A stretch of 64,000 nucleotides of DNA from Camelus dromedarius (GCF_036321535.1 NC_087436.1:15996001-16060000); one strand, 5' to 3'. Numbered from the stretch's first letter, positions 25,906 to 40,886 are shown. The notes: generated from the sequence alone by a model not told the origin. Numbers and translations: made by a program.

Positions 25906-28351
25906 AAGAGTCACAAACGGACCTGTTAAAATAGTCTCAACTGATGACCTCTTATGAAGGAATCATTTTGTGCGTGAAGATTTTTCTTTCTGTAGAATTA
26001 TTTCTATCACCCTTAAGCCACTAGGTTAAGAGAGCCCAAGATTCATTTTGGGCATCACAGCCTCTGCTAACAAAGAGAGTATGACAAATGTTGAATGCCT
26101 GGCTTTTAAAAATGATGTGTTTATTAAATATGTTAATACCTTGTTGTATGTCAAGGTTTCATAAAAGAAACATTTATATCTGAGTAGGAAGATTGCTAAA
26201 ATGTGCTTGCATGGCATCAAATTTGCGAAGTGTATTAAGTGTTTGATATGATGTAAATAATCATTCCATTTTCTTTGTAACCATCCTTACTTTTTCCAAT
26301 GTAAAGAAGACCTTAGGGGCAATTGGATTCTTTAAGACCAGTTTATACATAGCATGGTCCAACTAGGATCAGTATAATTTAATATTTCAACCTTTTTCAT
26401 GATGTTATCCCTCCTTTTATTTTATTTTGGATGTGTTTACTCTTCATCCTTAGAATGTATTTATAGAAAATTAGTGAATGTCGATTGATTGTCTCTGAGC
26501 TGTGTTATTGTCAGTGCTTATGACCTTTTGAATGTGAATAGATGAAAATCAATATGGTAATGATTAATATTAGGATAAAAAATAGGCTTCCATTACACTC
26601 ACCTAGTTTTGTCTTAGAGCTGCTCTGAATGCTTATCCTTATAATGCGCAAAGGCTGTGAGCAGAGGTGTTCTTTATTGAAATGCTCAGAATTAATGTAG
26701 TTTTGTGTGCAAGCAAATAGTTGACCTTATGAGAAGGAACTAGAGACCTTTGAAGCATGATTGGAAATCTGTGAGAGTTGGAGAGGTTAGTTTAAGATTC
26801 AAGCTGTATTAACTGATCATGAAAAATCTTCAATACACTAACAGTTGTCAAGTATCTGAAAACAGCTTAGTAACTGTATTTGATGCTAATATGGTAAAAA
26901 AAAATTTATGGTTTTACTTGATTGAAATTTTAGTAGCATAACTTGCTTTTATAAGGTGGAATCATTTGTCTTTAAACAACAGCAAAAACGTTAAAAACAA
27001 AATACGTCAGACTAAAATATTCCATTTTACTTTAAAAAATAAAATATTTAGTTGATGGATTAGTGAACATTAATTGATCTTTATTTGAATCTGGATTCAG
27101 ACCTTTCCAATGTTAAAGTACTTTGTAACCGAAGAGAAGCATAATTTAGCTTTAGATGCAGGATTTATTCTGAAATGCAGGCATCCTGTTGATTCACTTG
27201 CACACTAGGCTTTAGAAAACACAACCTTTTAAGGTACATTTTGTGGAACTTGCAGTACACCCTGTGGCTTGGCAGTCTAGTCAGAAGGATGATACCATGC
27301 TGACTATATAACTCGATCTTTGAACGTTATTCTCAAGGGTGGTAAATGCAAAACAAAGTAATATCAACTGGCACTTAATTCTGCGAGTTCCCTGCTGATT
27401 GGGGTATTCAGGGAAATGGAACTCTTCCTGACAGGAAGTCAGCCTATGAGTATGGAGACATCTGAAAATAAAGTGTGCTTTAATTTGGCACCCTACCGTT
27501 TTACAACTGGTCTTTTAAATTTGGGATTAAGCAGAATGTTAGAAAACAGGAGGAATACATGAATGGAAATATTCTAAGCATAATACTTCCCTTTTGTTTT
27601 AATATAATTATGATTGCAGCTTGGTTTCTGTTTCTCAGCTTTTATTGCTTGGTTTTGCCTAGTCCTTCTCATTTTTTTAATTACCTCAAACTAATCTACT
27701 GAAGTTAAAGTGTTACAGAAAGGCTAGATTAAAAGTGTAAAGCTTGAGATTGTCTTTGTTTTAATACCAAACTCTGATAACTTTGTGAAGCCTCAGCTAT
27801 ATTACCATATCATATATTTTTTCATAAGGTATATAGTTTAATTGGTTTTAGTCAAAATTTTTAAGATCTAGATTTAAGTTTTGCTGTTTGAAGTGTTTAT
27901 ACCGTTTGCCTTAGTTGACTCTGAGGTAAAATATTAGTTCTTTAGGACCCTGATACATACTATTGGAATATAATAGCATGGTTTAGGAAGTGACAGTTAT
28001 TATATATTAGTAATGGTCGATATTGTCCATCTGTTGTGTACTTTTTAGTCATGCAGCTATTTTTAGTCATGATGCTGTTTTATAATATGAACTTCCAGTA
28101 GCATGTATGCAGTTTTAGCAAAATCTAAAGTTTGAACGTTGATTTAGGCCTGAATGAAGTAAGAATCAGAACCCTGAAGGCTATTTGTCTTTCTAGTAAT
28201 TAATTCCTCTGTTGCTGGAGGTGAACTTTGTAGAGGTGGCTGTTGTCTCCATCATGGGTAACCAAAGGAGAGAGGAAAAGATGATCATAGAAAGAGATGG
28301 AGGCCAGGAAAATGCTGTGATGATAGATTTTTAATTTTAATAAATGTTTTT

Positions 28352-28505
28352 CCCTCTACCACTTACTCTGTAACCTTGAGCAAATTACTTGCTTGAGACT
28401 CAGTTTATTGAGTGAAATGGGTGTAATAAAGATTATATTAGATAATATATGTTAAAGTACGTAGAATAGTCCATAAAGCAAAGTAGGTTGTAAATTAAAG
28501 TTATT
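28352..28505 (+). mobile_element. MIR SINE fragment
   Basis: ctctaccacttactctgtaaccttgagcaaattactt...ctcagttt...gtgaaatggg...agataatatatgttaaag. Confidence 0.72.
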
Positions 28506-30465
28506 AGATTCTGAATCTGTGTTTTTAACAGCACACAATATCGTCTCTCTTTATTCAGTATTTTCAGTGCCTCTTGTTTTCTTTTCATGAAATTAGATTT
28601 TTCAGATCTTTGCCTTATAAATTCAGTTCACCATTATTTTCTGCAGTGTCTCTTTCAGTATTTTCTATTCTTTCTGTGATTATATGCCCACTCTAGTCCA
28701 TTTTCATCTCAATCCCTAGAATATTAGAGCTACGAGAGACCTCAGAGACTTGCAGTTTTGGGCTTTTTTTCATGTAGACAAGGTTAATGTGTAACCTTCC
28801 TATTTTCCATAGGCTCCCGATGGTGGTCCCAGTGTTTCTTGTGCTGGCCATAGGGATAGCTTCTTTTGAGTGTCAATAAAGTTTACCTGAATACAAGTGA
28901 GGTTGATGTCATTTTAGCAATTACTACTCTAATGATTTTCTTAAAGATCTCTTTTGTATATTTTAGTGCTTTTTATTTATACAACATTACTTTCAACACC
29001 TGTGTTACCATATTTGAGAAATACTTTTATAACAGTTAACCTAGGTCACTGATGGCCAACCTTTTTTTTTTTTTTTTTTTCTGGTGAAATGTATCATCGT
29101 TAACAGTTGCTCATTATGATGATTCTCAACTGGGGACCTCTCAGAATGGGGGAGACATGCAGGGACAATTAAGGAGTATCATTTGGAAAACGTCTCTGTA
29201 AAGAATCACAAATTCTGACGAAGCTTATTCTTGGTTTGGAGAAGTGACCTTTTTCCTTTCTGTCAGTTTTACCTCTTCTAGTATGTACTAACAAATTTAC
29301 TTTCCTAGGAGTGTCTTTATAGTTCTGTTCCAAGAGAAGCTGTAGTTTTCTGTCTTATCAAATTCAAACTCTGCTGCCTTATTTCCAAGGTCTCTAATAT
29401 TATTTTATGTTAGTTTATTCTTATGTCTCTGCTGCCTTGTAAGTAGTATTGAGATACTTGATATATGTGTGATGCACATAATGCCATTTTCTGGGTAATT
29501 TACCAGAAAAACTTAACTGCCTAACCCTGAACCTGTTCTGACATTCTTCTGACAGCTTCCTTTCCACAAGGTACTTTTACACATAGTGAGTATGGTGATG
29601 TGTGCCAGTGTCCTAAATTCTGGATGCACTGCGTTCTTTTTGATAGTAATTATGTACTTTTGAAAATTCTTTATTGGAAGCTCCAGTTTTCATTAGACAT
29701 TCAGTTAAAACATCAGTATTGTCTTGTTAGGTCTGTTGGCTTGTCAGGTTATTCTTGTTATCAGATATAATCGAGAGTAAACTTAATTCTGATTTCTTAC
29801 TGTTCTTTTTACAGAGGGGAGATGACCTATTCCTTTACCTAAGAAAGCTTGTACATTTGCTCAGTCTTTCAGAGATGTTCCTATTAAACCTATTCAAAAG
29901 ATTCACTGTTGTTCTGTAGCACTAATTTGTAGTTTAGTTTGTGAGCACAGGATTCTATTTTCTACTGCTGTAAGTTAAGAAAAAAGGAGGTTGGTCATTG
30001 GCAGTGAGAAAGTAAAATAACAGGGAAGAGTTTTTTTTTTTTAACAAAGACGCTTTCTGTTTCTTGTCAGTCTCTTAAGCACGTATAGACTGCTGCCCAA
30101 TTTGGACACTTGGCTGTTCTGTCATTGCTTTTCTGCTATTATCAGGAATTGTTCTTTCTATATCTGCTTGTTACTTGTATCTCAGCTGCCCAGATTTGGG
30201 TTTCTTATAATCTGATAGGCTTTATACCTAGCAAATTAAGCTGAATTTCTGGAACTGAAAACAAAACCAGTCACAAATCAATCATTATTAGAACCAACGC
30301 TTGGAGCACAAGTTGTTAAAAAAATTTTCCAGCTCTTGCCACAATACACTAATTTTTTAAAGATGTTTTTATTTCTTTTGAATCTTTTGAATTTTGTTGA
30401 ACTTGTTAGTGAAGTTCAGTTTTCTTCCACTTGCCCTTTCTGTTCTTTTAATTTTGTTATTCTAG

Positions 30466-30918
30466 TGTGATAGACTGAAAAATGGCTCCCCCCAAAAGAT
30501 ATCTATTTCAAATCTCTGGAATCTTTGAGAGTTCCTTATTTGGAAAAGGGGTGTTTGCGTGATTCTGTTAAGGATTTTGAGAGGAGGGGATACTACTGAA
30601 TTATCTGAATGGGCCCTCAGTGCTATATCCTTATAAATAGAGAGACTCAGAGGGAGATTAGACTTAGGCACCCAGAGGAGGAGGCAGTGTGTTGGTGGAG
30701 CGGAGAGCCAAGGATTGCCGACAGCCACTAGAAACTTGGAAGAGGTAAGGAGCAGATTGTCCCCCAGAGCTTCCAGGAGGAGAGCAGCTTTGCTGACATG
30801 TTGGTTTTGGCTCTGTGTCACTCATTTGACCTCCAGAACTGTGAAAGAACAGGCTTCTAGCATTTTAAGCCACCAAGTTTGTGATGAGTTGTTGCAGCAG
30901 CCACAGAAAACTAATCTG
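30466..30918 (+). mobile_element. MaLR solo LTR (MLT1C/D-like)
   Basis: Starts tgtgatagactgaaaaatggctcccc and ends gcagcagccacagaaaactaatctg; internal ttatttggaaaagggg and cctccagaactgtga. Flanked by a 5-bp direct repeat TCTAG (30461-30465, 30919-30923). Confidence 0.92.
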
Positions 30919-33900
30919 TCTAGTGAGTGTTCTTAGTGCAGTGCTCCTCCCTCTTTTACCTAACGGTGTTAAATTAGGGGTTCTTTAACGAACATGTGAA
31001 TGTTTATTATATGGAATGGTGAATCAGGTACTGTTGAGAACGTAAAGAGATAGGGACCATTAATAGTCGAGAAAAATTCCAGTTTGTGAATTATTGACCC
31101 AGAAAAAAAGGCAAAATAAACTCATATTGCATGCATTTCTAATGGAGATGAAATTGATATGAATAAAATACTCCCAGATAAATGTACTGTTGATTATTTG
31201 TTTTATCAGTTCTGATTTATTTGTGCAGCAAAACCAGGTTATCAAATATTTCATATCACTATTTTAGTTATGTTGTAGGTCAAAATGACCTACATGTTGA
31301 TGTTTATTCATAACATGTTTTATGACTTTTGCATTAAGCTATAAGTTTTTACCATCTAATATCTCATTAGGTGCATTGATAAATATTTGACAGAGGCATG
31401 GGATCATTCTGGACTGAAAGGTCTTACTCCTCCTCATCGGGAAAGTCATTAAGCATACTGTGATTGGTCTTAGATTGACAACTATAACGTGTTACTGTAG
31501 CATGCAATGTATGTGTCTTAGATAGTACACTTTCAAATCAGGACCAAAGCTTTATTGGTAGATACAGTATGAGGTTAGGAACATTTTGATTCTGAAGATA
31601 CCATCATTTCATAGCTTAAACATTCTTTATTTTGTCCTGGTGAATGCTATTTCACTGTTACTTTTTTTTTTTTTTTGATGCAAAACTGTGAATACAAAAA
31701 TCAGGTCTCACTTTATATTAACACTAAGAATGTACTCAGTGAGTACAGAGTATCAGTTTACAGTGGTCACTTTTCAGAGTGGGAGACTCCAAATGGTTAA
31801 ACAGCAGGAGAGTTTTCTGCTTTTAGTTAAAAACTGCTGTTTTCTATATGCCTTATTTACTGCATGTTTAATTCTTAATGTTGTGTGCTGTGGGATTGGG
31901 CATGCGAAAGTCAGCAGAAAGAGTTCTGGTTTTTACATCTAGAGCTATTACTTGCTGTACAATAATAAAGGCACTATTTTATTGGGTTACTTGTAATTAA
32001 CTTCAGCACTAGGCATTCATATAAATCATTCGTAATCTGTTTTCTTTAGATTTTTATTCTTTTAAACTGGTTTAATGTACTTGCTTTCTGTTATCTTTTT
32101 ACATATGGATTGAGGTTGTAATTGCTTTTTGGAATTAGGCTGTCAGAAACCAACATATATGTGAATTCAAGAAATGATTGAGGCAAACTAATGAATTTTA
32201 TGTAACATTTTATAGAGATTTGTTACTGAAATATTCTGCAGTATTGTTTTGTTGCAAAATTTAGTAAATGTTCTCTCAAGTTAAAGTGTCTACACATTCA
32301 AAAGTTAAAATGGCAACAATTAATTAGAAAACTATTATGTTTTTCAAAATCTTGAGACAACAAAGACATGAAATTTCTTTGAACTCTTGTCTGTCAATTT
32401 ATTGACATTTTTCTTTAACTTTAAACATTTGAATCTTCGTACATTTTCCATACTATTACCTAATAAATGCCATTTCATAGATTAGCTAGTATCTAATTTA
32501 TATTATTTTGTGCTTATAAGTTTTTTATGATTATTGGTGTAAAACAGAATAGAAATGAAATAGATGCAATCTTCTTGAGTAAAAAGAAAAGCATCTAAAA
32601 AGAAACACATATGTACGTCTGGCTGAATTTAACAGTGTAATTCAAAACAAAATATTATAACATAGAACTTTGTCTCTAAAAATACCTTCATTTTATAAAT
32701 GTTTACAGTGATCTGTAGAAAGAACTTAGAGGTATAAGATAATTTTATTCTTTCCCAGGACACAAAAAGGTTGACTTGATGATTCTTAGAAAAAAGGTAT
32801 GTTAGGTGTATTGAGGTGGGGGTTGGGAGGCATGAAGAAAGCTGAAGAAAGCTGTTTGTGCCCATGTCCTGAAAGTAGTGCTTTTAAAAACAATTCAGTT
32901 GTTAAATACTTTTTATTGTAGCTGAGTACGTAAGATGGTTTAAAAATCTTTTAAAAATAATTAGCTGTTTTATATAGTTTTAATGGAAGTCTTTCATGTT
33001 TCCTCTCCAGCAGTCTCTAATGAACACTCCTTGTAATTTCAGTGCAGGCTTTGAGATTCCCCAAAGACTTGACTTCAGACCTCAAAGGGCAGCAATTGCC
33101 ATATGTCTGGAGAACTGGAGTTGCCAAACAGACTGACCATGTACTAATAGGACACATTTATATAGCTCCTGAATGTGAAGCCCACATATAAGCTTAATGA
33201 TGATCATCTGTTGAGAGCTTGTTGCTGGAAAGGGTTAGAGCAACTTTTGTCACCTTTATTGAAATCAAGCTTTTTTTTGATTGATCAGTGAAGTATCTTG
33301 AATATATCGATGTCAGTTTGGAAGTAATTCGAAGGATTATTATTGGCTGGAGATTTTTTTTCCTGAAAAGGTTTAAAAACAGATTTTTAAAGACATTTGC
33401 AGATATATTAATTTTAATGTATGGTTAAACACAACAGCAGGGGATTACTGTTTTTTGATTATTTACAAATAACTTACAACTATATATAATCACATAATTG
33501 CATGGTTATCTCAACTTTTTGAATTTTTAAATCCTTGCATTTTTTATTTTGTCAATCCTATAAATCTATCAATAGTCAATTCCTTGTACATAGTAAATAT
33601 TCATAAATATTTGTTAAATAAGCTGTTATAAAATGGAACCATTTGCTAATCCAACTTTAATAGAATTTTTCTTTTTTTCCTTTCTTTACTTTGTAGTTAC
33701 CTGTGTACATAATGTATTTTATTTATAAACTGAGCCATAATATTTGTACAAACAAGATGTACAATTTCACAAAAATAATCAAAACCAAAACTTTCCAAAA
33801 GGCAGTGTTTTTTTTTTGGAAATTTCATGTATTGGTTTGTTTCACCATCTAAAGAGACGGTGGAATAAAACCTGTTCTTTACTGTTATGCTGTATTCTTT

Positions 33901-35659
33901 CCCAGTATGTTGTTACTCAAGTTTGTGTTAGGTATGCTGTTGAGAGAGTGCTGACACAAAGTGCAAACACTGTTGAAAAGTTCTTGATAGTTTACTTTGA
34001 GCACTTAAGATTACTATATCTTGACAATGAACCAGTTTTCTCTAGTTTTGACCTTTAGTCCTGTGTTTAGTGTGGGTCTCAATTTTGAGCTCTCTTCATT
34101 TGAGCTCTCCTCTGTGGCCTCCTCCCTTGACTTCTAATAGTGTTTCTGACATCTATTTCAGGTGGTAATTAGATCTATATCCAACCAATTTGATTTATTT
34201 GACAAAGGTGTAGATAACTATAATGACTTAAAATATTAATATTGATATTTCATTGAAGAGCATAAACTATTAAAATTTTAATTTTTTTATAAGGAAAATG
34301 AAATAATTTGATATGAGTTTTTGTTAACATTCTTCATTCTTTTAAGTTATGTTTGGATCCTTAGATTAATACTTACAAAAAAGTTGACTATATCGTTGCC
34401 AATAGCAATAAAGTTAATTTTATTTGGCTGAATGTAAAATGCTTTACAAAAATAAAAATTCTTAATAGTTTATGATACATTTGCATTTTTGTAGTTTGAA
34501 TATCATTACCTGTGAAACTTGAATGCTTGTTCTGTTATTTGGAGATATATCAGAATAATTTTGCAAAAGTACCTATTATTCAGTTTAAAATATTATGTGT
34601 ATCTTTATTTTTACTTTCTATTCAGTTACTATTCTTCATTTAGAACATGTGCTTTTTAATATAAATTTTATTTTTATCACGGAAAATATGTATATTATTT
34701 CAAAGATCTAAAAATAGTATAATACTTAAACTGAAAACAACAGTTCCTACCTTAGCTCTTCTTCCCTCCCTTAATTCTTAGTTTCTGGAAGGAGCCGTGT
34801 TTAAATTTCTTAGTTGATGACTCTGCTACTTTCACATTTCTAAATGATATAATAACCATTTCTCGACTTTTCTATTTTAGACATCATCTGATGTCTTCTG
34901 TGAAAGATGACCATCGGTTACTTACATTGCCCTCCCTTTCCATTTCACACTATTTTCCGGTATAATTACATCGTAGTACTTAGTTAAAACAATACTTAGC
35001 GTTTATTGTGACAGTGTAAATATCCATGCAGACCTACAAAAGGTACCATGCTTATCCAGCCACCTTCCCCCCTCTCCCTCCCCTTTTCCTTCCTTCCTCT
35101 GTTCTCTCCTTTTTTTCCTTTCTTCCACTCGTTTGTCTCTCTTCCTTTCATTCTTTCTCCTGGAATTAATGATTTCCTACTTTTTTATTTATTTAAATTC
35201 CTGTGTGCCCACCACAAATTTATTTCTAAAATTTCTACTGGAATCATCAAAATGTGAATACACTTGGTGTCTATTGGTGCAGTTGTTTTTCCTGGGGACA
35301 GAGTGCTTGGAGTTCTCTATTTCCCTGTTTCAAACTGGCTTGGTTACTTAGCACGTTTGTAGAAAGCTGTCACCTGGAGGCTTCTTTTTATCATCAATCT
35401 AGAATTTCCCTCTTCTTCCTCTTATGTTGTAATGTCTATTTCTTGTGACCCACAGTGGCCTTCTTTTTTGAAAGATACACTGATTCAACATTTATTGATC
35501 ATTTATTCTGTATGTGCTCATCACTGTCCTAGCACTGGAATATAGGAGAGAATAAAACAAAGGGAAAAGCAAAAAAGAAATCTAAGTGGTAGTAAGTACA
35601 AGTTAAAGCAGAACAGGGATGGAGGATGATAGTGGGGCCTCAGTATTAATTTTGATGAG

Positions 35660-36230
35660 GCACGTTCTTTGTAATTTCTTAAGAATGCATGACAGTAGAA
35701 TTTTTTAGAGCTTGCTTGTATGAAAATGTCTTTTTTTTGTTTTTAACCTTTGTATGTGATTGATGGATTGTTGGGATATTAGGATTATAAGCCGAAAATT
35801 ATAGTGTTTCCCATCCCTTGCCCCCAAGAAGCTTTTAATATTTTTATTTTAAAATTTGTTTGTTGTTTATGTTACTGGATTGTGCCTTGGTATGGGTAGA
35901 TCTTTTAAAATTCATTGTCTGTTATTTTGTGTAAACTTTTTTCACTCTGAGAAAGTATGTACTTGTGTTCAGAGAAATTTACTTGAATTATATCTATGCA
36001 AATTACTTTCTCTATTTTTTCTCATTTCTGTTTCTAGAACTCCTCTTAGTTGTTGGACTATCTGGATTAATTTTCTGACTTTCATATCCATACTCATCAT
36101 TTTCTTCATTTTATCTTTTAATTTACTCTCTTGAGATGCTTGTTCAATATCTTCAATACTTCTTTCAAAATTTTTGTTTGATATTATACTTTTAATTTTT
36201 AAGAGCATTTTCTAGTTTTCTGAGGTTTTC
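35660..36230 (-). mobile_element. HAL1/ancient L1 ORF1-like fragment
   Basis: Minus-strand translation ...VRKLIQIVQQLRGVLETEMRKNRE...SKF resembles the L1 ORF1 motif IRKLEDQ.RRSNI...GVPERENRENG...ENFPEL. Confidence 0.6.
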
Positions 36231-36249
36231 TGAGCGGATAAGGGGAGGG

Positions 36250-36741
36250 GCAAGCTCATTTTGTATCGATTTGATTGGGCCATGGAGTGTCCAGATATTT
36301 GGTCAAACAGTAGGTATTTCTGAATGATACTGGCTGAGTAGAGCAGATTGCCTTTCCTGATGTGAGTGGGCCTCATCCAATCAGTTGAAGGCCTGCCTAG
36401 AACAAAAAGGCTGAGTCTACCCTGAGTAAAGAGAATTCTGCTTGCTTGCTGCCTTAGAACTGAGACATTTGGATTTTTCCTGCCTTTGTACTCAAACTGA
36501 TACCTTGGCTCTTTTGAGCCTATTGCCTTTCATACTGGAACTACTTGGTTTTCCTGATTCTTAGGCTTTTTGACTTTGAGTAGAACTATACCATTGGCTT
36601 TCCTGGGTCTCCAGCTCTCTGACTCACTCTGCAGATCTTGGGACTTGTCACCTTTCACTATTATGTGAGCCAGTTTCTTAAAATAAATAAAATATGCATC
36701 TCCATTATATTAGTTATGTTTCAATGGAGAATTCTAATACA
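36250..36741 (+). mobile_element. ERVL solo LTR (MLT2-like)
   Basis: ccagatatttggtcaaaca, gtgggcctcatccaatcagttgaaggcctg, ctgggtctccagct and gcagatcttgggactt; terminus tggagaattctaataca. Confidence 0.9.
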
Positions 36742-39700
36742 GAGGCAGAGAGGTACCAGTGAGTAAAACAATATCCCTGCCCTGATTTTTTACATTGGAA
36801 GTTTTTATCTTTCTGGTGTTATTAACTGTACTTTTCCTTAGTCTCCCTCTCCCCACACCCTTAACAATATTGTCTGTTCTTAGTTTTTAGTAATTTTTTT
36901 TTTTACTACCTGTTTCTTCGCAGTGTGTTATTCATATAAGAGTCTGTCCTCTAATGACTGGTGAGCCTTTGTGCTTATATTTAAGTGTTTTGCACAAAAA
37001 AATCTATGTGCCTGTACGTGATCCTGTCTACTGGTGATGAATGGACCTTAGATTTTATCATGGCCTCTCAGTTTTCTCAGAACATTTCTTTAATATTGCT
37101 CGGAGTCTCATAGTTCAGTACGTGTACTTCCAAGTTATTTTGTTTTCTACGGTAAGGCTTTTTAAAGTGTTCAGAAGTTTACTTCTGTGAAAAGTAAACT
37201 TCCAGTCTTTTACCATGGTGGGGATGGCCAACAGTGTGAGGAGAGGAGCTCAGATTCTGTGTTTATTATACCAGCTTTCATTCATTAGTACTACTTTCAT
37301 CCCTGTCCCTCACCCATCCTCACGTGATCAGTCTTCAATCCTTGGCCTTTCCTAGGATTCTGCAACAAGGGTTGGTTTGCAGCTTCAAGCTGATTTCCCT
37401 CTAGATAGTAGAGAAATTTTTACCGTCTCTCATATACTTTATTATCTTTGTTGTTTTCCTGCTAATTTTAACATGAAGTCACTCATTTTATACCTTTTTT
37501 TAAGAGTAAAAGATAATTTAGTGATTATCTAGCTCAGCAGAATAAAAAATTGATACTACATTTAATGTCAACATTGATGGCTTGACCAAAAAAGGGGAAA
37601 AAAAAAGCAACAGGGGGTATATGTAGTCTGTCTTGTCAGTTGGTAGCCTGATTTTATTTGCTTTACAGCATGGTAATATTTGGGAATTACTTTTAAAATT
37701 TAGGTAAATTCATGTACTGCATTCAAGAGACTAAAATATGTTGTAGGAGATTATCATACAGAAATCTGTCAAGTTCATTTTAAGGAATTTAGAGTTGTAT
37801 TAAAGTAGTACAAATTAATATATAGCACATTTATTGGTGCCATTTTTCTCTGTATTTGTTTGTTGTTGGTAGGGAAGGATGGAATTAATTTAGTTAATGA
37901 AGTCTTTCCCCACCCCACAACCGAAGTTTAGTGGACTTTTGGAAAATTGGTGTAACTGTTTATTTAATAGATTTCACTAATAAGCTACTATCTCTGTTAT
38001 TATTGTTGTATGACTTAAGACCATTAGTAAGCTGAGTTTATTTTAGTAAAAATTGACTAGTCAACAATTATGGCCTTAGGAAGTGATAGCCAATTAAATA
38101 CAGCTTAGAACAGGTATGAAATTATTGACTCAGTTGTGTTTTGAGTCCTTCCTCTCCAAAGTGCTGAAATGTGTTTTAAAATTACTTAGTTGCATTAGTG
38201 GTTGGATTTGAGGCTTTTAACGTGTTTTTCATCAATACCTCTGGGAAAAGAATAACCAAGACCTTAAATGTGTGGCACATTTTGCATCACTATATAATTG
38301 TAAATACTGTGATGAAATATTGAAATGATCATGAAAGATGATAACCATTAAGCTTTTCTTTCAACTATTAAAACTCACTAAAGGTTATATTGAGCTGTGG
38401 TTTCTGAAATTGTTTAGACTAACACCTTCTTTAATAATTGTCTCAGAAGTGGAGAAAAATGCTGTAGGATAGCATGAATCTTTTTTAGTTTTGGCAACTT
38501 CCTTAAATATTGTAGATAATCTTTGATATCTTTGAAAATTATGAGGTTTCTGTAGCAATACCCAAAGTGTAAGTAAGATCTATATTTTTACTTCATTTCT
38601 CATTTTGTCTCATTTAAAAAAAATAGTGAAAAAGTTTTATTTCAGGTGATTAGATAGCTGTTATTATAAATTAACAAATACGAGTTAATAAATGATGCTT
38701 GGGAAAACAAGAATCCAATGTATTAGCAGTAAAAAAAAAATGTGTTTCTGAGCTTTTGTAAAAATTGGACTCTTCCTGTTCTATGTGTACCTTCTTGTTT
38801 AATTTGTTTTTAATTAAAAAAAAAGATATGTTGTGTGACATACCAAGTTAAGTTGAAGTCATAAAATTTTTAGATGTTTTTTTTTATACATATACTAATT
38901 TTAACTAGTTTTCTATCACTTAGATCATGCTGTTTAAAATCTCTGTGAAATTTAAATTGTATGCTTTCTCATTTTACATTATAAGTAAAAGTCAGTTTGT
39001 ATACATAAATGAAGATAAAATTAAAATGGTGTTTACCTGTAGTTAAAATTTGAGTCTCTCCACAATGATCTGTTTTACCATGTGGAATTTTGAGTTTGTA
39101 TACTTTATATAATAAAAATACCCACCTGTTGCAATTTTAGATCAGACAAAAAGGATTTGAGGAAAATAATATTAATAAATACTTTTGAAAGTAAAATGTA
39201 TGATCTAGACAATTATATATAATAGGATAACCTCTTGCCTTTCTTCCTAATTTTTTTTTCTAGCAAGAAAGGTATCTGTTTTCTTTTTACTGAAGTTAAT
39301 TTTCCTTTTGAGATTTTCCCTTCAAGTGAGTGATCTAAATGGAAACTCAGTCAATTTAAGGTCTTGCCTCCCCACACTCTGGTGCTGTATCAGATTTCCA
39401 GGCGGCTTGCTGAGGGTGATGTGTCGGGTGTCCCAGATGAGGACTGAGCATGCGCTTCTGTTCCTCGACTAGGGCATCCCTTTAGGTGTCACCGTCTGGT
39501 TTGATTCCCTGCTGTCTATCAGCAGAGGTCACAGCTGTGTTGTCCTCATCCTCTGAGAGCCTCAACTACTTGTACATCTTTCTAGGATAATTTTCTGACC
39601 CTTCCTAGGACACAGGATACTTCGAGGCTGTTTTAGGCCCATCTGCAAATGTCTGACAGACTTTATATCTAATTTTCCTTCTACTGTATATATTCTGCTA

Positions 39701-40886
39701 GTATGCTCTTACTGATACATTCATGATACAGAACCTATAAGAAAATTATGGCAAATAGCAATTTCAGTCCTGAGAGCCACCTTGGTTTTTCAAAGCATGA
39801 AAGAAAGTAATACCAAATTTGGAATAAAAAGGAGAAAATAGAAGAGATAGAATAAGGCTTAAAAAAAAAAAAAAAGAATCTGTCTGACATGGAGCAGTGC
39901 TCAGGGGTGAAATAACATGGGTTTGAAGCTCTTTAAGAGCTTTGATACCTTTAAGGCATTACTGAGTACTGTTTATGGTCACAATAGTAAGGTTGCAGAC
40001 ATTATCTTTTGTTTTGAGTTTTATAAAAGAACCAAAACAGATTAGTTGAGGGATATTTATAGATAGAATATAAGGGCTCTTTAGTTGTAAGGAACATAAA
40101 GATTTTGTATGTATGTCTAGTTGTGTTAAAAAATAGACAAACACATACATGGATACATTGGCATTTCTCAAATCCAGTTACATTTCAATTCATGTGGCCC
40201 GGCCTTATGGGATTAATTCTTATTTTATATATGTTTTGAGATGAAGATTAAAAAAATTCGTTTGTATATACTCTACTGGTTGATTTCCTTTGAAGGCTTT
40301 TTAGTGGATATCTTATTCATAAAGAATATATTAATAGATTTATACCATCTTTTACTAATTCAAAGGTCTAGTGAGCTATACTTTCCCACTGAAAAAATGG
40401 TCTAGTCAAATTCACTGATGTTTCTTGTCTTTCTCTCAGTCATTAATGATCGATTTTTGTAGAATGTGTGCTATTTATTAAGTTTATGAAGCTACTTAAT
40501 TCTGTCTTCCCCTCATTTAGGGTGATGCATCTCTTAAAGAAACAAAAACAAAACCTCTGTCCTTGGTCTGCTTTGTTCTCTTTCTTTCCAACTGTTTCAG
40601 TTAAATCAGTTACATGTAATGGTGTAGAACTAAAAGGATAAGATTAAGTATAGATAGGCTCATTTAGTTCATCTAGAATCAAATTGTTGCTGACATATTT
40701 AGCTTACTTCTCAATGTCAACTATTGTGTTCACGGCGCTGCGTTGGGTAGGGCAGCGTGTTTAACACAGCTTTTCCATTAAGAGCTCAGGTGCGAAATTG
40801 ATGTGGATGATGTTTTTCCTTATTGTTGTTTTAAAGAAATAACCTACTGAGTGAAATTTGTTCAGCTATTTTCTTCTGTTTTTTAG

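Noticed and set aside
40724..40768. CpG-rich hairpin (cgctgc/gcagcg, tgtgtt/aacaca) upstream of the 65-nt exon as an ncRNA
   Set aside because: The stems are short and interrupted, and the context resembles a decayed antisense L2 3' end.
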